From Chrysomallon squamiferum (Eukaryota > Animalia > Mollusca), in assembly GCA_012295275.1 (NCBI GenBank), contig CM022679.1:13640001-13704000 (forward strand): a DNA stretch of 64,000 nucleotides. The letters run 5' to 3'. Of the stretch, positions 56,529 to 64,000 are shown one piece after another. The notes beneath the pieces are model-generated. The model was not told the origin of the DNA, made no database searches, and saw only the letters and a list, made by a program, of their open reading frames with translations. The position numbers and the translations under genes are program-made. The stretch's first letter is position 1, and each line of letters starts with the position of its first letter.

Positions 56529-59500
56529 ACTATCTATCTATCTATCTATGAAAAAGCAATATTGCATCTTATACAGGAAAATCGGTGATAATAGTCTCTC
56601 AACCCTCCCATAAGTTTGTTAACGACATAATTATTTTCCTCCTCTAATTTCTTATCCAGGCTCTATTTTAAAAATAGAAATGGAAAACCAAAATTTATAT
56701 CCGAAAATTGAGCGGTATAGGACATATTGTTATATTATGTTTTATAAACATATTTTGAATATTTTATTTTGAATCATTTTTATTTTATTTTTTTTTTTTT
56801 TGAACCATATGAAAATATGTAATCATATGTAATCAATGTTATCTGTCCTGTAGCTCTATTTGCAGATGCAATGACAGGCTTTCTTTTCCTTCCTTTTTTT
56901 CTTTCTTTCTTTCTTTCTTATTTATTTTTTCTTATTTTATTGTAACGTTTTTTTGTAATGTTTTTAGATGTCTATTATTATTATTGTTATTATTGCAATA
57001 TTTTTTATATTTCATAATATTTTTAATTTAAAATTTTGACATAAACCATCATTTGTTAACTTATGTTCATGTACTGAATATCTTTAAAAGCAAATATCTA
57101 TATGCCATTATTTTATAATTAAAAAAAAAAATTCATTAATGGTTCGTAATGTTTAATGTCTTTATTTTTGTACTTTGTGGATTAACGCGAACGTGATTAT
57201 TTTGTATGAATAAAGCTGAACACACGTTACGCGACTTGAAATTAAATCTACGTACTATTAAGTTATTCTGTGTTCAACTATACGATTGCGGCAGAAAATT
57301 TTAATTAAATAAACTATACCCAACGCAAAATACGTTTTTTATTTTTATTTTTATTTTAGAAATTTTTTTATTTTTATTTTATTTTAAAATTTTTTTATAT
57401 TAAACAAAAATAAAAAATGTAGATATGTAAATCAATGTTATCTGTATTTGCAGACGCATTGACTTTTAATTTTTTTTCTTTTCTTTCTATTTCATATTTC
57501 TTTCTTTTTTAATTTATTTATTTATTTATTAATTATTTTTTATGTAACTTTTTGTAAATTTGTTTGGATGTTTATTATTATTACTGTTATTATTACAATA
57601 TTTTATTTATTTACATTAATTTTTTTTTTACCTAAAATCATCATTCATTTATGATCATGAACAGAATATCTTACAAAATAATATTCTATATCAGTATTTT
57701 ATAATCAGTGAGAGAAGGTAAAAAAATTTAATAATAATAATAAAAAGAAAATTTGAATAAATAAAATTTATAAAAATAAAATGTTTTTTGAATGGTTCAT
57801 AACGTCTTTATTTTATGTACTTTGTGATTATCTTGAAATTGCTTATACTATATATATATATATATATAAAATTAAAAAAGTAATATAAATAAATAAAATA
57901 TAGCAATAATAATAATAATAATTAACATCTATTTAAAAAATAAAAAATAAAATATTTATTATTTTTCTTTTTTATATATATATATCTATATATATAATTT
58001 CCGGTTTGGATTGATTTTTATTTATTTTAAATCATAAGAAAATGTACATATGTGAAATAAATGTTATCTGTATTTTAAAATAACTGTTTTGGAAATTTGA
58101 ACTATTTATATCTCCTACGCGACAGATAAATCTGAACAAGCCGTAATTTCCGTCTCGAAACCTTGGCTCTAGTTATGTACTTTTAAGTTACTCTGTTGAG
58201 GAAATATTCAAATATTCCTCGGAATTCTCTTCAGTTTAACTGATTCTTTGAGTCGAAAGTCAACACTAAAAGAAATAATTACAGAAAAGCAAATATGTAC
58301 ACATTCAAGTAAGTCAAATTGAACAATTTTTTTTTTTTTTTTTTTTAAATATCTGTGTATGAGCTTAATAAAATATAATTTTTAAATCCGATATGGATTT
58401 ATTTTTAACTTGGAAATTCCGAACTATTTATATCACTTACGTGACACGTGATTACTTTGTATAAATAAATCTAAACACACGTCATTTGTCGTTTGAAACC
58501 TTGCCTCTCCGTACTATTAAGTTATTCTGTGTTCAACTATACGATTGCGGCAGTCCTATCTCAATCCAATTTCCATCAAGAAAGAATACATTTTACAATT
58601 CACTCATAACTATACCCAACGTAGTCTACATTTTTCTTCTGTTCCTTTTTCTTAACATATACCGTATGAAATTTGTTTATTTTGATTTTGTCTGTATATC
58701 GTTCTTAGATTATTATATCTCTGTATTTTGTATGTGTTACGTGTACTAACTTTAATGGTTTCGTTAATTTTAGGGTTAATATTTAGATACGCGAATTCCC
58801 AGACTTTTGTATTTTCTGGACCGATGTTAATCCTATTGCTCTATGAAATCGAATGTCACCTGTAAATTATTAAAATTATTGTATAGAATTAATTACCTGC
58901 AGACTGTCTGTATAATGTGTCTACGAAATATGAGCGTTATGAGAATATCTAGGGTAAATGATCACACGGCAAAATAACATTTTCTATATCTTGTAAAGAA
59001 GCTTTAATAATAATAATAATAGAAAAGAAAAAGAAAGAACTGAAACTAATAATAATTATCTTTCGATCAACCTTTTACGATGTGAGAATAAGGAAACATT
59101 TGTCAGTGTCAGTCCTTGTTTGCGAATCAGCCTGTAAGTTTATTATTAGTTCACCCACTGCTCCACTAGGTGCGTATCTAGAATTTGAAGGAGATACATG
59201 TATCTTTGATATGAGATTTCTAGCAAATTTTTACTTCCCAGTTATATTATTAAATATTTAATATACATTACAAAAATAATCTTACTTTGAAGGATTGTTA
59301 CAGAAATATTAATTTATTCAAAGCAAATAAAATCAGTATCACTAGATATTTTATATTATTTTTTTCCCCACCATTAGTAACACATCCTTTACAAGAACTT
59401 TGTATATACCTACGGGAAATTGATGAAACTGAAAATATACTAAAACAGTGGATAAAGGAGAAGAGATTTCAAGTTATTATTAACTTACTGTTTTGGCAAC

Positions 59501-59994
59501 CTCTCTTCAGTAAAAAACAACATAACACAATACATCTTAACGCCGCCATTTTAACTAATCTAAGCTGGAGTAGTAACATCATCGGCTATCTGGCTGACTA
59601 AAATTAGTTTTTTTTTGGGGGGGGGCACTAGAAGAAATTTGTAGTTTTCCTGTTTTGTTGATATACTTCGTTACAAATTAACACTGAAGTGCAAAAACGT
59701 AACTTGGAAGTATGCAGAATATATTTATACTACATTTTTTAATCACCAAAGAGAGATTATAATTTCTATAAACTACATGTAAAGGAAATCATTAAATAAT
59801 AAACTAAAAAGGCAAAAGAAAACAACAACAACAGAAGAATAAGAGTAATAATATTTAAAATAAAAAATAAATAATGGAAATGATGATGGCAGTAACATCA
59901 GTAATAGTAGTGGTAGTGGTAGTGGTAGTAGTAGTAGCAACAGTAGTAATGAACTTCATCAACAAAAAATGAGAATTGTGAGCAAACAATTCAA

Positions 59995-60043
<49 letters not shown>

Positions 60044-62188
60044 ACTATGAAAAAGCAGTATTGCATGTTATACAGGAAAATCGGTGATACTATAGTCTCT
60101 CAACCCTCCCATAACTTTATTAACGACATAACTATGTCTCTCCTCTAATTTCTATCCAGGCTCTATTTTAAAAACAGAAATGGATAACTAAAATTTATGT
60201 ATAGGACAGATTAATATATTCTGATTTATAAACATATTTTTATTTTATTATTATTGTTACTATTGCAATATTTTATTTATTATATAATATTTTTAATTTA
60301 ACAATTTTGACATAAAACCATCATTTGTTAACTTATGCTGATGTACTGAATATCTTACAAAGTAATATCTATATGCCATTATTTTATAATTAAAGCAAAA
60401 AAATTCATTAATGGTTCGTAATGTTTCGTAATGTCTTTATTTTATGTACTTTGTGATTAACGCGACACGTGATTATTTTGTCTGAATAAAGCTGAACACA
60501 CGTCATTTTCCGCTTGAAACCTTGCCTCTACGTACTATTAAGTTATTCTGTGTTCAACTATACGATCGCGGCAGCCCCCTAAATTTTACAATTCACCCAT
60601 AACTATACCCAACGTAGTCTACATTTTTATTTTTATTTTATTTTATTTTATTTTATTTTTATTTTATTTTATTTATTTTTTTATATTAAATCATATGAAA
60701 ATGTAGATATGTGTAATCAATGTTATCTGTATTTGCAGACGCAGTGACTGGCTTTTCTTTTCTTTCTCTTTCATTCTTTCTTTCTTTCTTTCTTATTTAT
60801 TTATTTATTAATTATTTTTTTATGTAACTTTTTGTAAATTTGTTTGGATGTTTATTATTATTACTGTTATTATTACAATATTTTATTTATTTACATTAAT
60901 TTTTTTTACCTAAAATCATCATTCACTTATGATCATGAACAGAATATCTTACAAAATAATATCTCTATGCCAGTATTTTATAATCAGTGAGAGAAGGTAA
61001 AAAAAAATTAATAATAATAATAAAAGAAAATAATGAATAAATAAAAATAAAAATAAAATGTTTTTTGAATGGTTCATAACGTCTTTATTTTATGTACTTT
61101 GTGATTATCTTGAAATACTTATAATATATATATATATATATAAAATTAAAAAAGTAATATAAATAAATAAAATATAGCAATAATAATAATAATAATTAAC
61201 ATCTATTTAAAAAATAAAAAATAAAATATTTATTATTTTTCTTTTTTATATATATATATCTATATATATAATTTCCGGTCTGGATTGATTTTTTATTTAT
61301 TTTAAATCATAAGAAAATGTACATATGTGAAATCAATGTTATCTGTATTTGCAGACGCAATGACTGGCTTGGAAATTCCGAACTATTTATATCTCCTACG
61401 CGACAGATAAATCTGAACAAGCCGTAATTTCCGTCTCGAAACCTTGGCTCGACGTACACACTATTAAGTTATCCTGTTCAGGAAATATTCAAATATTCCT
61501 CGGAATACTCTTCAATTTAACTGATTCTTTCAGTCGAAAGTGAACATTAAAGAAAATCATTTCATAAAAGCAAATAAGTACACATCCAAGTAAGTCAAAT
61601 TGCTTTTTTTTTTCGTGTGTGTGTTTGTGTGTGCGTGTGTGTGTGTCTTACAAAACTTCCCGCTTGAAACCTTGCTTCTACGTACTATTAAGTTATTCTG
61701 TGTTCAACTACACGATCGCGGCAGTCCTCTCTCAATCCAATTTCCATCAAGGTAACAATAAATTTTACATACCTCTTAACTATACCCAACGTAGTCTACA
61801 TTTTTCTTCTGTTCCTTTTTCTTAACATATACCGTATGAAATTTCTTTAACTTCTTTTTGTCTGTATAATGTTCTTATATTATTATATTTCCGTATTAAA
61901 TAAATGTTATGTGTTCTTAAGTTTAATGTTTTGGTAAATTTGAGGATTAATATTTAGATTCGCGATTTCCCCGACTTTTGTATTAACTCTATTGCTGTAT
62001 GAAATCGAGTGTCACCTGTAAATTATTAAAAATATTGTATAGAATTAATTATCTGCATACTGTCTGTATAACTAAAGCGATATAAGCGTTCAGTCGTATC
62101 ACTTAAATCAGGGGAGAGAGGGTCAGACAGCTATGCAGTGTTTTGTAGGAGGACCAAGATATCAAATGTATTACACACACACACATAC

Positions 62189-62341
<153 letters not shown>

Positions 62342-64000
62342 AGTTGTATCTTCAGTAATATGATAAAATAATATGATAATTATGAATAAACTATAATAAA
62401 ACCACAATATCTAACGATGATGTTAGATCAGGATTGCCATCGGACCGGATAATTGGTGTTCAAGTGTTCAGTTGGTGGGCCTGACTGAAATCCCCCGCGG
62501 CGCAAGTGTTGCCGACCCCTGTGTTAATTCATGTTTCCACACACCCATAATATTTCATTTTCCGCCGCCATATTCATTATCATATTGTGTTTTTATGTTG
62601 TTTTTTGTTTAGTTCAGTTGTTCACCAAGCGTTAATACTTCATTTGTTAGTAGGCATTATTCATAGGCACAATGGTGAAGCGATGTGTTTTGGGGACATG
62701 CAAATCGGATGAACGGTACGAAAGTCGACAACATCTGACATATATACCGTGTCCGAAGCTGAAAACAACGAGAAATATGCGGACGACAACATTCTGAAAA
62801 AAGAATGTCTTTTATAAACATGACCATATTTTCAAATAATAATAATAATAATAGACATAGCTGACATTTAGCTATATACGAATTACCTAAATATGAATAA
62901 TGTATATGCCCATACACAGCATTGAACAGAAGAAAAGAAGAAAGAAATGTTTTATTTCATGATACACTCAACACTTTTTATTTACGGTTATGTCGTGTCG
63001 GACATACGGTTAAGAACCACACTATATTGAGAGAGGAAACCCGCTGTTGCCACTGTTACTATTTTTGATTAGCAGTACCATCGCACAGATTACATACCAA
63101 TTATAGTGCACTGGTTGGACTAATGGATCCACAGACAGTGTTAAAAAAACGAAAAACAGTAATGTGTGTGTGTGTTGCATATGACCAAAATTGGTTTTGA
63201 GGTGAATTCAAACTAAACAGCTTGACGATTTATTGTAAAAGTTCAACTATTACAATTAGTCTTGAAAAGACACGTGTGTCATTTGTTATCTTCTGGTTTG
63301 TTACTTTTCTTTTTTCTTTGCACTGTAATAAACCATGCTTCAATATCAGTTTAATACCAAAATACACTCATCCAGCTTTACAGGAGCAGTTAGCCTCTGA
63401 TAGCTGTTTTGTCACCAAGCAAACCTGAATATGTGGTTTGTGTGTCGAGTCGTTTTTCCGGAAAATTTTTATATCATTGATGTAGCCTTGTCGTCGATGC
63501 AGATATAATGGACTGATAGCTACAGTTTGTTTGACAACATTAAAAAAAAATAATAATACAAAACAAAAAATGAAGAAAATTATTATTTAAGGCCAGATAG
63601 CAGAGACATAAATGGACATAACTGAAAAGTATGCAGAATATATATATAATACTTACGTGTTTATGAGTGTATGTGTGTATATGTATATATATGTTGTTTA
63701 GGATTTTGAATATTCTCTGTGAAATCTACGTCTGACTAGACTCTTCACAGACAACATTCCTGTGGCGCAGGAGGATAAAGTCCAGTCACGACTTCAAACC
63801 TCGTCAGATGCCGCTGATGAGACTCGAACGTATGTCACCCTATCGCTCGCACTACCGTTCGGCCATCAAGACCACCTTTACATATGTGCGTGTGTATTTA
63901 ACTATAAACACACATATACACACACGCACACACATATACAGGTACCGAACCAATTATCCGGCGTCCTGAAATCCCGAAGGACCAGAAAATCGGAATTTTT

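Noticed and set aside
59287-59601. 104-aa ORF and minus-strand AAAATGGCGGCG start/YY1-like motif (also ~11120)
   Set aside because: Frame broken in paralogues at 10960-11130 and 18360-18495; no complete domain; probably a repeat fragment.

Overview
Very AT-rich, microsatellite-rich eukaryotic (animal) DNA with GT-AG introns and one 200-N assembly gap. It is probably molluscan: one SINE resembles, from recall, an abundant gastropod family. Almost none of the supplied ORFs are real genes. The window is a head-to-tail array of about five diverged copies (U1-U5) of one multi-exon gene on the + strand, which I rebuilt by hand from splice sites and phases. The layout is a candidate first exon, a candidate leader exon inside a ~690-bp repeat, a 174/177-nt exon encoding an 8-Cys domain (C-x4/5-C-x6-C-x6-C-x2-C-x6-C-x10-C-x3-C), one or two 21/27-nt stalk micro-exons, a transmembrane exon, and an acidic cytoplasmic exon with a PxExxE motif. 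This is the architecture of a single-CRD, Grindelwald/TACI/BCMA-like TNF-receptor-type protein. U4 (45789-49539) is open end to end (~249 aa); the others are disrupted, cut by the gap, or run off the window. The three cysteine-rich exons differ almost only by amino-acid-changing substitutions, while their Cys codons and flanking introns are nearly unchanged, which points to a rapidly diversifying receptor family. Introns hold Tigger/pogo relics, several MITEs, two SINE families, a THAP+SWIM (ISL2EU-like) relic, minisatellites and local inversions. All family assignments come from motif recognition, with no database search.
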